Under the pieces are notes generated by a model, which was not told the origin of the DNA, ran no database searches, and was given only the letters and a program-made list of their open reading frames with translations. This document shows positions 20,610-30,740 of a DNA stretch of 64,000 nt, piece after piece (within the stretch, counting starts at the first letter, position 1; the number at the start of each line of letters is the position of its first letter). A program made the position numbers and the translations under genes. The stretch comes from Prasinococcaceae sp. CCMP 1430. Lineage: Eukaryota > Plantae > Prasinodermophyta. Location: NCBI GenBank assembly GCA_013416795.1, contig RQSC01001302.1, positions 114,217 through 178,216 of the forward strand, written 5' to 3'.

Positions 20610-23600
20610 CTACTTCGGGTTCAAATCGGCCTTCGAGGGGGTAAGAATCTTGGTGACCAGAGCCAGCGGCCAGCCGATGATGCCGACGGCGATGGCGAAG
20701 AGCCACTCCTCCCAGGTCTGTCCCTGCACCTTGAAGAAGCTCCCGAGGGCCTCCATGATAATCACCTGGAAGACCAGGATGAAGAATAGCACGGCGAAGA
20801 AGATGTACGAGTCGAAGATGCCCTTGAAGATATTCAGCTCGTCGTTGATCTTGCGCGCATTGATGAAGTTGAAGAGCTCCATGAAGATGAACACGTTGAA
20901 CACGAGCGAGTTGATCGCCAAGTTGGCGTGCTCGTACTCCTCGTGCGCGTGCTTGAAGGGCAGGCAGGTGCGCTTGCTCCAGTCGGGGTGGCAACAGCAC
21001 GCGCCATGCACCTCCTCATCGGGCTCGGGCCAATCCACCTCCGGCATCACCAGCGAGCACGACTTGGTGGGAGCATCCACCACGGCTGTCCAGTCGAGCT
21101 CGAAGAGCGTCTCCACCGGCACCTCGCCGTCAAAGTCGGTCCCGGTGGCGCCCGCCATCGCCTCGAGCTCGCCGGCGCAGTCGGCGTCGTCGATCTTCGA
21201 GCACTTGCAGCACTCTCCGAAAGTGAGCTCTTCGACGGGGCCCGAGGCTGCCAGCGCAGGGCGCGTGTACGTGGTCGCGTTGACATTCTCGCCGATGCAG
21301 CACATGGGGCGCGTCTCGAGGGCGAGCTCCTCGGGCTTGTCTAGGCCACGGCACTGGAACATGCCGAGCGTGGGTTCCTTCGGCAGCTGATACTGGTCGA
21401 GCAGCGGCGCGACCCACAAGACCGCCATGAGCACAGCCACCTGGAAGACCGCCTGGACGATGATGTGCTTCCACATGGTCCTGGAAATGAGACCCTCTTC
21501 GCGGCCGTGCGGCCTCTCGTTGAGCAGCTCGGGGTTGGGCTTCTCAGTGGCTAGCGCAAGCGCGGCCATCGAGTCCATAATGAGGTTCACCCACAGGAGC
21601 TGCAGAACGTTGAGCGGCATACCGCGCTGCGTCACCGCGGCCAGCGTCGCCACGATGAGCGCCACGCCGTTGATGGTCAGCTGGAACTGCAGGAACTTGC
21701 GGATGTTGGCGAAGACGCAGCGGCCCCAGCTGACGGACGCGACGATTGAGTTGAAGTTGTCGTCGAGGATGACAATGTCCGACGCCTCCTTGGCGACCTC
21801 GGTGCCAGTGATGCCCATGGACAGGCCCACATCCGACACCTTGAGCGCGGGCGCGTCGTTGGTGCCGTCGCCGGTCACCGCGACCACCTCGCCCATCTCC
21901 TTGAGGGCAGACACCAGCAGGTACTTGTCCGAGGGCGACGAGCGCGCGAGCACTTGGAGCTTTGGCAGGATCTCGCGCATCTGCTCGGGCGAAAGCTTGC
22001 GGAACTCGGGGCCCTCCATGGCGTCGCCGTCAGTGAGGATGCCGCACTCCCGCGCGATGTGCTTGGCGGTGTGGACGTTGTCTCCGGTGACCATGCGCAC
22101 GCGGATGCCCGCGTTCATGCAGGTCATCACAGCTCCTGGCACCTCCTTGCGCACGGGGTCCTTGATTCCCACGAGTGCGAGAAGCACCAGGTCAGCCTCG
22201 CACTGGTCGGCGTCGTCGAGCACGCCCTCGCTCGTGTTGGGCGCGAAGTCGCGGTAGGCGATGGCGAGCGTGCGCAGACCACGCGAGGCCATGGCGGTGA
22301 TGTACTCCTCGTGCGCGTGGCGTCCCTCTTGCGACATGGCCACCACGGCGCCCGAGGTGTCCACCTGCGACACGCACGAGCGCAGCACGATCTCGGCGGC
22401 GCCCTTGATGTGCAGACGCGAGCCAGTGCCCTCGGCGGCAACTACCGATGAGCGCTTGCGGTCTGAGGTGAACTGGTGCATCTTGGTGATGGTCTTGGTG
22501 CGCGCGTCGCGAATGCGGCGGTAGTCCTCGCCCAGCTCGCGGCACATGACGAGCAGCGCGCACTCCGTGCGGTTGCCCACAAACTCAATCGGCGTGCCCG
22601 CCACCGCATCAGGCGGCGGGTCCACGAGGAAGGCCTTCGAGTTGAGAGCGACGCCATCGGTGAGCGCCCTGGCGGCATCGGCAGGTAGCGTGGTCTGGGC
22701 GGGCACGCCCGACTTGGAGTCGATGCCCATGAACCATCCCTCGGTCACGGTCATCTTGTTATCGGTGAGCGTGCCGGTCTTGTCCGAGCAGATGCAGGTC
22801 GCACCGCCCATAGTCTCACACGCGGCGAGCACGCGCACGAAGTTGTTGTCGTCCATCATGCGCTTCATCGAATAGGCGAGCGCGATGGTCACCGCGAGGG
22901 GCAGGCCCTCGGGAATGGCCACCACAATGATGGTGGTTGCGAACAAGAAGTAGTCAAGCACCTCGGTCGACTCGTCCGTGTCCCACCCGCGGTGCCTGAT
23001 CATCCACGAAACGAAGAGCACAACGAAACAGACCGCAGCCACGCCGAAGCCGACCTTGCCTATGTTCTCCGCGAGCACGCCCAGCTTCTCCTGCAGCGGC
23101 GTGTCCTCGACCTCGCCCATCACCTTGGACATGGTCTCGCCCCACTCCGAGCGTTCGCCCACGGCCAGGACGAGCACCTTGCCCTCGCCCTCGGTCGCCT
23201 GCGTCCCCGAGCGGCAAAAGGGCTTCTTCTCGTTCTTTGCCACGGGCTCCGATTCACCCGTCAGCGAGGCCTCATCGGCCACCAGGTCGTGGCCCTCAAT
23301 GTAGACGCCGTCAGCCACGAACTTGTCACCCGCGTCGATGAGCAGCACGTCACCTACCACCACCTCGTTGGACCAGATGGTGCACTCGCGCCCCCCGCGG
23401 CGGACCTTCACCTCGATGACGTTCTTGGCGTCGTTGAGCACACGGAACTGCTTATCTTTCTGCCAGTCGTTGACGGCGCCAACGCCCGACACCACGAGCA
23501 CCGCTACCCAGATCGCGATACCGTCTACGTACCCCAGCTCCTCGCGCTCCTCGGGTATGGCCGAGCCCAGGATGGTGGAGAGCAGCGCGAGCACCATGAG

Positions 23601-23966
23601 CAGGATGAGCGTGGGATCCTGCAGCTGGTCCAGAAAGAGCGAAAATAGGCTCTTGGGATCGGGTGACTCGAAGTCATTGCGGCCGTACTCCGCGCGCAGC
23701 CGCCCAGCGTCAGCCTCGTCCCTCACGCCCTGCGCGAGGTCCACCCCGAGCGACGCGGCAATGCCCCTAATGCCCCCCAGCTCGCCGAGTGAGTCATCGC
23801 TCTTCTCGCTGTTCATCTGGTAGAGCTCATCAGCCGACACCGAGCCTGGCCCGCCCTTCGTGACCTGGGGGAGGGGCTCCTCGCGGGCGCCCTCTGCTGT
23901 GGGCGGCGCGACGCCATTGCCCCCCTCGCCGCTGTGGTGCGGCGGCGGCGCCTCCGCCGTGCCCAT
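20610..23966 (-). CDS. P2B-type (PMCA/ACA/Pmc1-like) Ca2+-transporting ATPase, intronless
   Basis: DEASLTGESE, IVVAIPEGLPLAVT, phosphorylation site CSDKTGTLT, KGAAE, MVTGDN, TGDGTNDAPALK, KFLQFQLTIN, NLIMDSMAALALATE. Confidence 0.98.
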   Translation of the reverse strand: MGTAEAPPPHHSGEGGNGVAPPTAEGAREEPLPQVTKGGPGSVSADELYQMNSEKSDDSLGELGGIRGIAASLGVDLAQGVRDEADAGRLRAEYGRNDFESPDPKSLFSLFLDQLQDPTLILLMVLALLSTILGSAIPEEREELGYVDGIAIWVAVLVVSGVGAVNDWQKDKQFRVLNDAKNVIEVKVRRGGRECTIWSNEVVVGDVLLIDAGDKFVADGVYIEGHDLVADEASLTGESEPVAKNEKKPFCRSGTQATEGEGKVLVLAVGERSEWGETMSKVMGEVEDTPLQEKLGVLAENIGKVGFGVAAVCFVVLFVSWMIRHRGWDTDESTEVLDYFLFATTIIVVAIPEGLPLAVTIALAYSMKRMMDDNNFVRVLAACETMGGATCICSDKTGTLTDNKMTVTEGWFMGIDSKSGVPAQTTLPADAARALTDGVALNSKAFLVDPPPDAVAGTPIEFVGNRTECALLVMCRELGEDYRRIRDARTKTITKMHQFTSDRKRSSVVAAEGTGSRLHIKGAAEIVLRSCVSQVDTSGAVVAMSQEGRHAHEEYITAMASRGLRTLAIAYRDFAPNTSEGVLDDADQCEADLVLLALVGIKDPVRKEVPGAVMTCMNAGIRVRMVTGDNVHTAKHIARECGILTDGDAMEGPEFRKLSPEQMREILPKLQVLARSSPSDKYLLVSALKEMGEVVAVTGDGTNDAPALKVSDVGLSMGITGTEVAKEASDIVILDDNFNSIVASVSWGRCVFANIRKFLQFQLTINGVALIVATLAAVTQRGMPLNVLQLLWVNLIMDSMAALALATEKPNPELLNERPHGREEGLISRTMWKHIIVQAVFQVAVLMAVLWVAPLLDQYQLPKEPTLGMFQCRGLDKPEELALETRPMCCIGENVNATTYTRPALAASGPVEELTFGECCKCSKIDDADCAGELEAMAGATGTDFDGEVPVETLFELDWTAVVDAPTKSCSLVMPEVDWPEPDEEVHGACCCHPDWSKRTCLPFKHAHEEYEHANLAINSLVFNVFIFMELFNFINARKINDELNIFKGIFDSYIFFAVLFFILVFQVIIMEALGSFFKVQGQTWEEWLFAIAVGIIGWPLALVTKILTPSKADLNPK

Positions 23967-25919
23967 GGCTGCCTCGTTTTTCTTTTGCGCCGCTCACGGG
24001 CGGCCGATCGACCACCCGAAGATGCGCCGCGCGCCGCGCGGCGCAGCGCGGCCGCCTTGGTCGAGATGGATGAGATGACGCGCGCCGGGGGAGCGCACGG
24101 GGCAAAGTGGAGATCGCGGCGCAACCAGCGTGTGCAATTGGCAGGCGCAGTTGGCGTCGAGTCAGCACGTGCGCACGCCTTCGACGCCTCGTTCCCTGCT
24201 GCCTCTCCCCTCGGCCGTGCGCGTCGCACAGCGCCGCGCACGGCCGCCCACGGTAGCATACACAAGGTTTGGCGGACAGCGGCGGTGCGCCCGTTCGGCG
24301 GCGCCGCGCCTGCTGGGGGTGCATTCGCTCCGGCGGGGTGGATGGAGCGGGCTGTGGTTGGGGTTCGTACGAGGGCTGGGGCCGAGCAAGCGGATCGTTC
24401 GAGCCCCCGCAGCCTCGGCGCCACCCTTCGCGCTTCAGCATGCTCCCGACCTCCACGCGCCCGCACGCACGGCCCGCGCCCCACGCGGTTTTAGTGGCGG
24501 CCGCGAAGCCCGGGGCGTGCGACCCTACACGACTCGGGACCCCCGCCGATACGCACACGCACACGCACGCGGACGCCGGCGCACCGCTGGCGGCGGCGGT
24601 GGCCAGGTGAACGGAGGGGCGGGAGGGCGCTCCGCATCGTCGGCAGCCCCACCGCCATTCACAAAAGGGTCCGCGCTCGCGTTGTTCGCACCGATAGCAG
24701 TACTGAGCTCCTCGATGGTGGATGGCACAGGAAAGCAGCTGTCGTTGTACTGGCGAGCTAAGCTCATGGTCGCGGCGCCTTGTCCTCCGCCAGCAGGGCA
24801 CTGCGCGCGGCATTCGCAGTTTGCATCGTTGCGTCAGCGGTGCGCGCGCGCGCACATTACCGGACGGTGCATGCACGTGAGATATTGCGTCAACGATTGC
24901 GCGACAGACAGAGCAATTCGAAGCCGCAGGGTAGCGGGCCACGGGGGTGCCCAAGTGCTCGAAGNCGCTCGCTCGCTGCGGCGGCCGCCGGCGCAGAACA
25001 GCCGCGGGCGCGGGTGCGCGCGAGGGCTCAACGCGGGGGCGGCCCCATCGTCGCGTCGGAGAGCTTCACAGTGTCCATGCATTCCATGGGGTCGTCGCGC
25101 GGCCCGCCATCGATCGAGCCAGCCAGCCAGTCAGCGTAGCCCTCCATGCATGCTGCCTCGTGCGCGCCAGCGACGAAGATGCCGAAGTTTGAAGCATCTG
25201 ACTGATGCCATCTTTTCATTTGTGGGCGAGAAGCCGCGCGGGCGCGCCACGTGCTGTGCTGGCGCATCGCTCGTCGTCGATGTACCCCGGGGCGTCGCGC
25301 GATGCATGGCGCTACGCGAGTGGGTTCGGGCATCGGGCGGGGCTGGAAAATGACCCGACGATCGGCGCGCACGCTCGACCAACGTGCGACGTGCGAAATG
25401 ATGGATGCGTACCGTCGACCCAAAGAAAAGCTTTTCGCTCATCAACAAAGGCTGAGTCGGGAAATAAACGAAAACGGTGGGCGCGGGTGGGCACTGCGTA
25501 GCTGGGAGACCGGGCCAAGGGCAGCCATCGCTGAGCGCCACAGGCACCTGCGGCCGGGGTTAGGGCAGCGGGCGAAGACTCTGGGGGAGAGGAAGTCGCG
25601 CACGGCGCACGGCATGCCCGCGGGCGCGGAGGTGGTGGCGGTGAGCCCCAACGGTCGTCCGGGCAACAGGCTCGTGCCTCAACCGACACGCTGAAGCTCC
25701 GTCGAGCCCGCTGGGACGGCGAGCCTGGACGCAGGTGAGCTAGCACAGGCGCCCCGGAGCAGCGCGCAGCGCGCAGCATTCACGGCGCCGAGGTCGCCAT
25801 CGCCTTCGAGCTTGGGAGTGATAACGATAGTAAGCTCACAAGGGTGATGCCGCACAAAAAATAGTACCATCAGCTGATGGTAGGTTGGAGCAGCGCGGAG
25901 AGAGGCGAGACTCGCACGT

Positions 25920-26401
25920 CTAGCGCTTCTTCTTCTTGGACTGCTTGCGCCCAGATTTGCCCTGTCGTCGGCGCTCTTCCATCGCCTCCAATTTGCTGTG
26001 AGAGCAGTCACCGCGGATGAGAGGCGAGGCGCGAGGCGCGAGCGAGCGACCGTCAGCGACTGGCTAGGGCGCCAGGGCGCCCTCGGCCGTTCACTGCACA
26101 GGGCGGCGCCAGCAGCTGCAACGTACTCCTCGTAATCGGGCGACATAAACATGGGGTCGTGTTTCATGGAAACCTTCGCATACCAGCTGGTGATCTTGTC
26201 CTCGAGCATGAGCTTGGTGAGCTCCTTGCGGCCGGTGCGCACGTGCGTCGGGTTGTAGTATGCGCCGAATACGCCCGCCGCAGCCTCTTCGAGCTCGGCG
26301 GCGGCGCCGCGGTCGCGGCGGCGCAGCTCCAACAGCACCAGGTCGACGTGCGAGCGTGCCTTGGACCTCCTCCTCGCGGACGCCGTCCTGGACGAAGCCA
26401 T
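25920..26401 (-). CDS. Mitochondrial small-subunit ribosomal protein mS33 (RSM27-like), two exons
   Basis: VFGAYYNPTHVRTGRKELTK.....ITSWY; a second exon KLEAMEERRRQGKSGRKQSKKKKR-stop follows a CAG acceptor. Confidence 0.8.
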
Positions 26402-26648
26402 CGCCCGCGCCCCGCCCGGCGCCCAGCCCGCGGCCGCTGTCACGCCCACGGCTGCGGCCGCCGCGCGAGCGGGGCTGTGGGACCCTGATAGTCCTCACGC
26501 CACGTGGCGAGGGCGTGCGTGCTGCCTAAACGGTGGCGTGTATACTTTCGTCGATGCCGGGATGCCCGTGATGGGCACGCTCGAGCCCGCCTTGGGCGCT
26601 TGCGCCGCGTGCGCTGGGCAGCACGTCGCGTACAGGCTGCGAGTCACN

Positions 26649-26713
26649 GTGTAGCCCTCGAGCAGCTTTTTGGAGATCGCCTCGATCGACGCCTGCTTCG
26701 ACGCGAGCGTCAT
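26649..26713 (-). CDS. 5' fragment of a possible SSSCA1/ZNRD2 (Auto_anti-p27) zinc-ribbon protein, cut by the N join at 26648
   Basis: MTLASKQASIEAISKKLLEGY resembles the S..MG.LLL.G(Y/W)xML start of this family. Only ~21 codons are visible. Confidence 0.35.
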
Positions 26714-27082
26714 GGCACGGGCAGGCGCCGGCCACGCCGAGTGGCACCGCGCGCACATCGCCGCCGGCCGCCGCCCCGCTTCCCCCGTGGCATGTCGTAC
26801 CTCCATTCGGCACACGCCAATATTGATTAGTAGATACAAACATAGCTCAAACTATCCCACGGGCGTCTTTCTTCGACGTCGCGTGCGCAGATGCTTTCTG
26901 ATGACTGTCAGTGACTGAGTGCGGGAGGGTGGGGAAGGGGCGGTGAGGAGGACGCGGGCATTTTTGGTGGGAGGGCTCGGTCTGGACCCGCGCGCCCGCG
27001 CGTGCGCCCGGGTGGTGCGCGAGGGGTTGCGGCGGGCGCGTAAAGAGCGCCTTGCCGACGCGGCGACGGGGCGACGGCCGCG

Positions 27083-28234
27083 ATGACGAGCGAGGACCGC
27101 GGCGATGCCCCGCCAGCATCGCCGCTCGCGCGCGTGTACTCGCGCGATGCCTCCGATGTTGCGAAGGCGGTGGCCACACTTGCGGCGGAGTCCACGCCCG
27201 TCAAGCGCCCCCCCAAGGCCGTCCCAATGGGGACGCCGCCGCAGCGGAAGGAGCTGCTCGTGAACGGCGGCGAGAGCGCGCCGGGGAGCCCAAAAAGGCC
27301 AATCCGCCCCAGGCACCGCTGGGGTGACGACGAGGACGGGGATCGGGCGAGTGGCCCCGGAAGCCAGGACCTGGCAAATTCCAGCAGCAGCGGCGCGGCG
27401 ACGGGCGGGGTGGCGGGGGGTGGCATTATCACGCAGTATGGATTGGACGAGGCGCTGGCGAAGCGCCACGGCCCTGAGGCACAAGAAGATGACGGCCAAG
27501 GCACGGGATGGCGCTCAATCATGTGCTGCTTCTCCGGTGCGATGCGCGGGCTGCAACGCGGTGGGTACAGCCGAACGTCGGCGTCGTGCGACCTCGTGCC
27601 GGGGCATCGCAGGGTCCCTCTCGCCGACTTCCCCCTTGCGGTGGCACCGCGAAATCATCCTCGCCCGCCTGTGAACCATACCGCGGCGAGCCTGCCGCCG
27701 CAGGACGCGGAGGACGTTGGCAAGAAGACGCTCGTGCTGGACCTCGACGAGACTTTGGTGCACTCTTCCTTCAAGGAGGTTGAAAACGCCGACTTCATCA
27801 TCCCCATCGAGATTGAGGGACGGGTGAACAACTGCTACGTCCTGAAGCGCCCGTGTGTTGACGCCTTCATTGAGGCGGTGACAAAAATGTATGAGGTCGT
27901 CGTGTTCACCGCAAGCCTGTCCAAGTACGGCGACCCGCTGTTAGATCTGCTGGACCCCAAAGGCCTCATGAAATACCGCCTCTTCCGAGAGTCGTGTGCG
28001 CTCTTCGAGGGCAACTTCGTCAAGGACCTCAGCAGCCTCGGCCGAGATCTGAAGAGCACCATGATTATCGACAACTCACCGCATTCGTACGTGTTCCATC
28101 CGGAGAACGCGATCCCCATTGGCACGTACATCGATGATCCTGCCGACACGGAGCTCGCCGACATGCTGCCGTACTTGTCCACGCTTAACGATGTGGACGA
28201 CGTGCGCGACACTCTTGGGCAGGGCTTGTACTAG
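27083..28234 (+). CDS. SCP/CTDSP (NIF, FCP1-like) small CTD phosphatase, HAD family
   Basis: KKTLVLDLDETLVHSSF, VLKRP, YEVVVFTASLSKYGDPLLD, RLFRESC, VKDLSSLGRDL, IIDNSP. Confidence 0.96.
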   Translation: MTSEDRGDAPPASPLARVYSRDASDVAKAVATLAAESTPVKRPPKAVPMGTPPQRKELLVNGGESAPGSPKRPIRPRHRWGDDEDGDRASGPGSQDLANSSSSGAATGGVAGGGIITQYGLDEALAKRHGPEAQEDDGQGTGWRSIMCCFSGAMRGLQRGGYSRTSASCDLVPGHRRVPLADFPLAVAPRNHPRPPVNHTAASLPPQDAEDVGKKTLVLDLDETLVHSSFKEVENADFIIPIEIEGRVNNCYVLKRPCVDAFIEAVTKMYEVVVFTASLSKYGDPLLDLLDPKGLMKYRLFRESCALFEGNFVKDLSSLGRDLKSTMIIDNSPHSYVFHPENAIPIGTYIDDPADTELADMLPYLSTLNDVDDVRDTLGQGLY

Positions 28235-28451
28235 AGAGCCGCGGCTCTCGGAGCATACGCTGGCCGCTTGTGACGCCGCGCTCCCTCATTTGCAAATGCG
28301 CGCACAGGGCCGGGGTTGAACATACTCGGCTACACGTACGCGCCATGTAACTTAAAATGGTTATGTGAAGTCCGCCAGGTCTGAGGCTTTGACTTGACGC
28401 CCTGAATCGCTAACTAGAGCTAGAGTCTTATCATCGGGCAGTCCCACGCCC

Positions 28452-29897
28452 TCAGACCCTCACGCGCTTGGAGCCACGCTTGAAGGTTGCGATTCCGGGC
28501 TTGCGCCTCCGCGCCGCGGGCCGGCTCGGGCGCTCGCGCTCAGCCGAAGGATCCGACACGCTGCATTTCTTGGCCGCCAGGTTGGTGACCAGTCCCGGCT
28601 TCACGTCTTTGCTCGAAGCCAGCGGCACCAGGTCTGCTGCGTCGCGGGCGGCCTGCTCCTCCGCGATCCGGCAGTGCATATCTGGCAGAAGCGCGCATAT
28701 GAACTTGGTGCCCGGCCAGTTTGGCATACGGGTCGCACTCACCAACCTCCTTTTGTTGCACAGGACACACACGGCCGCCCTGCGGTTCTTCTCAGCACCA
28801 GCGCGCGCTCGGCGCGCCCGCGCGATGCGCATGAAGTCCTCGTCGTCGCTCGAATCCCCCTGTACAGCTTTAGCGCACTCCTTGACGTCATGCACGCCGA
28901 AGAGCTTCATGTCGAAGCGCACCGCGTCCGCCGAGCAGTCGCAGGTGCGCGCGGCGCATCCGTATGGCACCCAGCGCCGAGTCGCAAAGTTGGTGCTCTC
29001 AGCCAGGTTGAAGCCGTGGTTGAAGCCGCAGTGGTACGCGCCGGGGAAATTGATGACGAAGTCGCGCTCGGACTGCGTCAAGCGGACGAGCTTAATGCCG
29101 CGCTTGGCGCAGAGGGATGGAGATATCATGAGCTCCTTGTGCCTCAGGAACTCGGTGCAGCCGCGTTCCTTGTCGAAGAGCTCCGGCGCTAGCTCTCGTG
29201 CGAGCGCCTCGAACTTCTTCTTGTCCGGCGGTGGCACGACGTACCAGGACTTCGGTTCCCCGAAGTGCAGATAGTTAATGCTGTAAAGGTCCAGATCCTC
29301 GGTGTGCATGGCGAAGTCTGCCCGCCAGCTGCCTACATAGAGGTACGGCTCGGTTACGCCAGGGATGTGGACGCCAGCACCCTTAAGGGCGCGTCGCAGG
29401 AAGTCGTTCAGCCTCCTGCACGAGAACTCCTTGCAGCTGCTGTCTGTCGCCGAGCCCTTGATGTCCGCGCCATACAGCGGCGGCGAGAAGGTCAGGTTCC
29501 TCCAGAAGTGCCGCTCCAGTGCGTCGATGTCGCCCGCGATAGCCTCCGGCGGCCGGGCCGCGCCCGCACTCTCGATGTGTTCCCTGAACTCGTCTAGCGA
29601 CATATCCTTCTGCGTTGTCGAGTAGTGACGCCAGAGACCACGCCCCCCGGAAGCGTTTTGCCTTATGGGCTTCTCGACGCGCAGCCGCAGGTTGCCGTAG
29701 CCGGCCTTGCGGGGTTGCCAAGATGCCGGGGGAACGAGCTTCGCCACGCCCCATTTCGCGAGCACGTCCTCGATCCTCTCAATGTACGCCTCGAAGCCGC
29801 CAGCAATGTCCTCGTCGGTGAGTTGGAAGGTGGGGCACTCGGCATACGCCGAATTTGCCGGCCCCGTTGGCGCGGCGCGCCCGCTGTCGCGCCCCAT
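28452..29897 (-). CDS. KDM4/JMJD2-type JmjN+JmjC histone demethylase with C-terminal CW-like zinc finger
   Basis: JmjN CPTF.LT....F..YI....GVAKLVPP. JmjC PYLYVG.W...FAMHTED.DLYSINYLHFGEPKSWY, RHK, YHCGFNHGFNLAESTNFA. C-terminal CVLCNKRR...FIC......C. Confidence 0.93.
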   Translation of the reverse strand: MGRDSGRAAPTGPANSAYAECPTFQLTDEDIAGGFEAYIERIEDVLAKWGVAKLVPPASWQPRKAGYGNLRLRVEKPIRQNASGGRGLWRHYSTTQKDMSLDEFREHIESAGAARPPEAIAGDIDALERHFWRNLTFSPPLYGADIKGSATDSSCKEFSCRRLNDFLRRALKGAGVHIPGVTEPYLYVGSWRADFAMHTEDLDLYSINYLHFGEPKSWYVVPPPDKKKFEALARELAPELFDKERGCTEFLRHKELMISPSLCAKRGIKLVRLTQSERDFVINFPGAYHCGFNHGFNLAESTNFATRRWVPYGCAARTCDCSADAVRFDMKLFGVHDVKECAKAVQGDSSDDEDFMRIARARRARAGAEKNRRAAVCVLCNKRRLVSATRMPNWPGTKFICALLPDMHCRIAEEQAARDAADLVPLASSKDVKPGLVTNLAAKKCSVSDPSAERERPSRPAARRRKPGIATFKRGSKRVRV

Positions 29898-30099
29898 CGT
29901 GCCGGCCACGTGTGGCCGCCGCTCCGCCCTTTCCCCACGCGCACCCAACCACCTCCCCGGAAAATGAAGGTGCACGCCCCCAAAAAAGGGGCGCCCGGTC
30001 GCAGCCGCCGCGACACGCCCGCGGCCGCCCGGCCCGCGCGTGCGCGGGACGCAAGCCTCGTACTCGCACCCCAAGCTCGCCGCAGCTCCCCTTCCCCCC

Positions 30100-30100
<1 letters not shown>

Positions 30101-30143
<43 letters not shown>
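30101..30143. repeat. Poly-C homopolymer of about 40 nt
   Basis: Seen directly. It may be a low-quality or assembly artefact. Confidence 0.9.
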
Positions 30144-30385
30144 AGCGCCGCGTGGCCGCGCGCGCGTCGCTCTCCGACAGCGTGAAGGCGGCGTTCGGCA
30201 GCGCGGTGGACGCGACGTTCGGCGCGGTCGACACGACGGTGTCGACGGCGAGCTCGGCGGCCAAGGACGTCTCCGAGGCGGCCGACGTGGTCGTCAAGGC
30301 GACCAAGCCCGCGGTGGACGCCGCCGCGCCCGTGGTCAGCAAGGCGGCCTCCGCCGCCGCCGAGCGCGGCGTGCACAGCGTGTGA
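30143..30385 (+). CDS. Ala/Val-rich exon resembling the N-terminal region of the chloroplast calcium sensor CAS; incomplete
   Basis: VVVKATKPAVDAAAPVVSKAASAA resembles plant CAS VVGDALKPALDTALPIAKQAG as I recall it. It follows a ~40-nt poly-C run, and no rhodanese domain follows. Confidence 0.35.
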
Positions 30386-30740
30386 CGGGCGGGCGGCGCA
30401 CGCACACGTGCGTGCGTGCGCCCTCTTCTTTCCCCTTCGCTTTGATGTGCGGCGAGCACCTCATCGCGCGGCGCTGCGCCTTCCGGCCTCATCATTGCCC
30501 CGGAACCCGCCGCGTGCGCGACCCGGGTGACCCTGGTCGACCCGGGGTCGACGCGACGCTTACGCCAGCCAACCTGGTATCAAGATGAGGTCTTAGTGAA
30601 CTGAACTGTAGAGCTTTGCTTCCTGTGTCGGCGCTGCATCGAGCGACGTCTGGGTGAAATCATATCGTTACCACACATGTGCGCGTCTGGCATTGCTGCT
30701 GTAGAGTGATGCGAGTGGCGGGCTCGTTGGCGGAGCGCCT

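Noticed and set aside
25865-25882. Perfect 18-bp palindrome TACCATCAGCTGATGGTA downstream of mS33
   Set aside because: About one is expected by chance at this size and composition; there is no second copy and no associated element.
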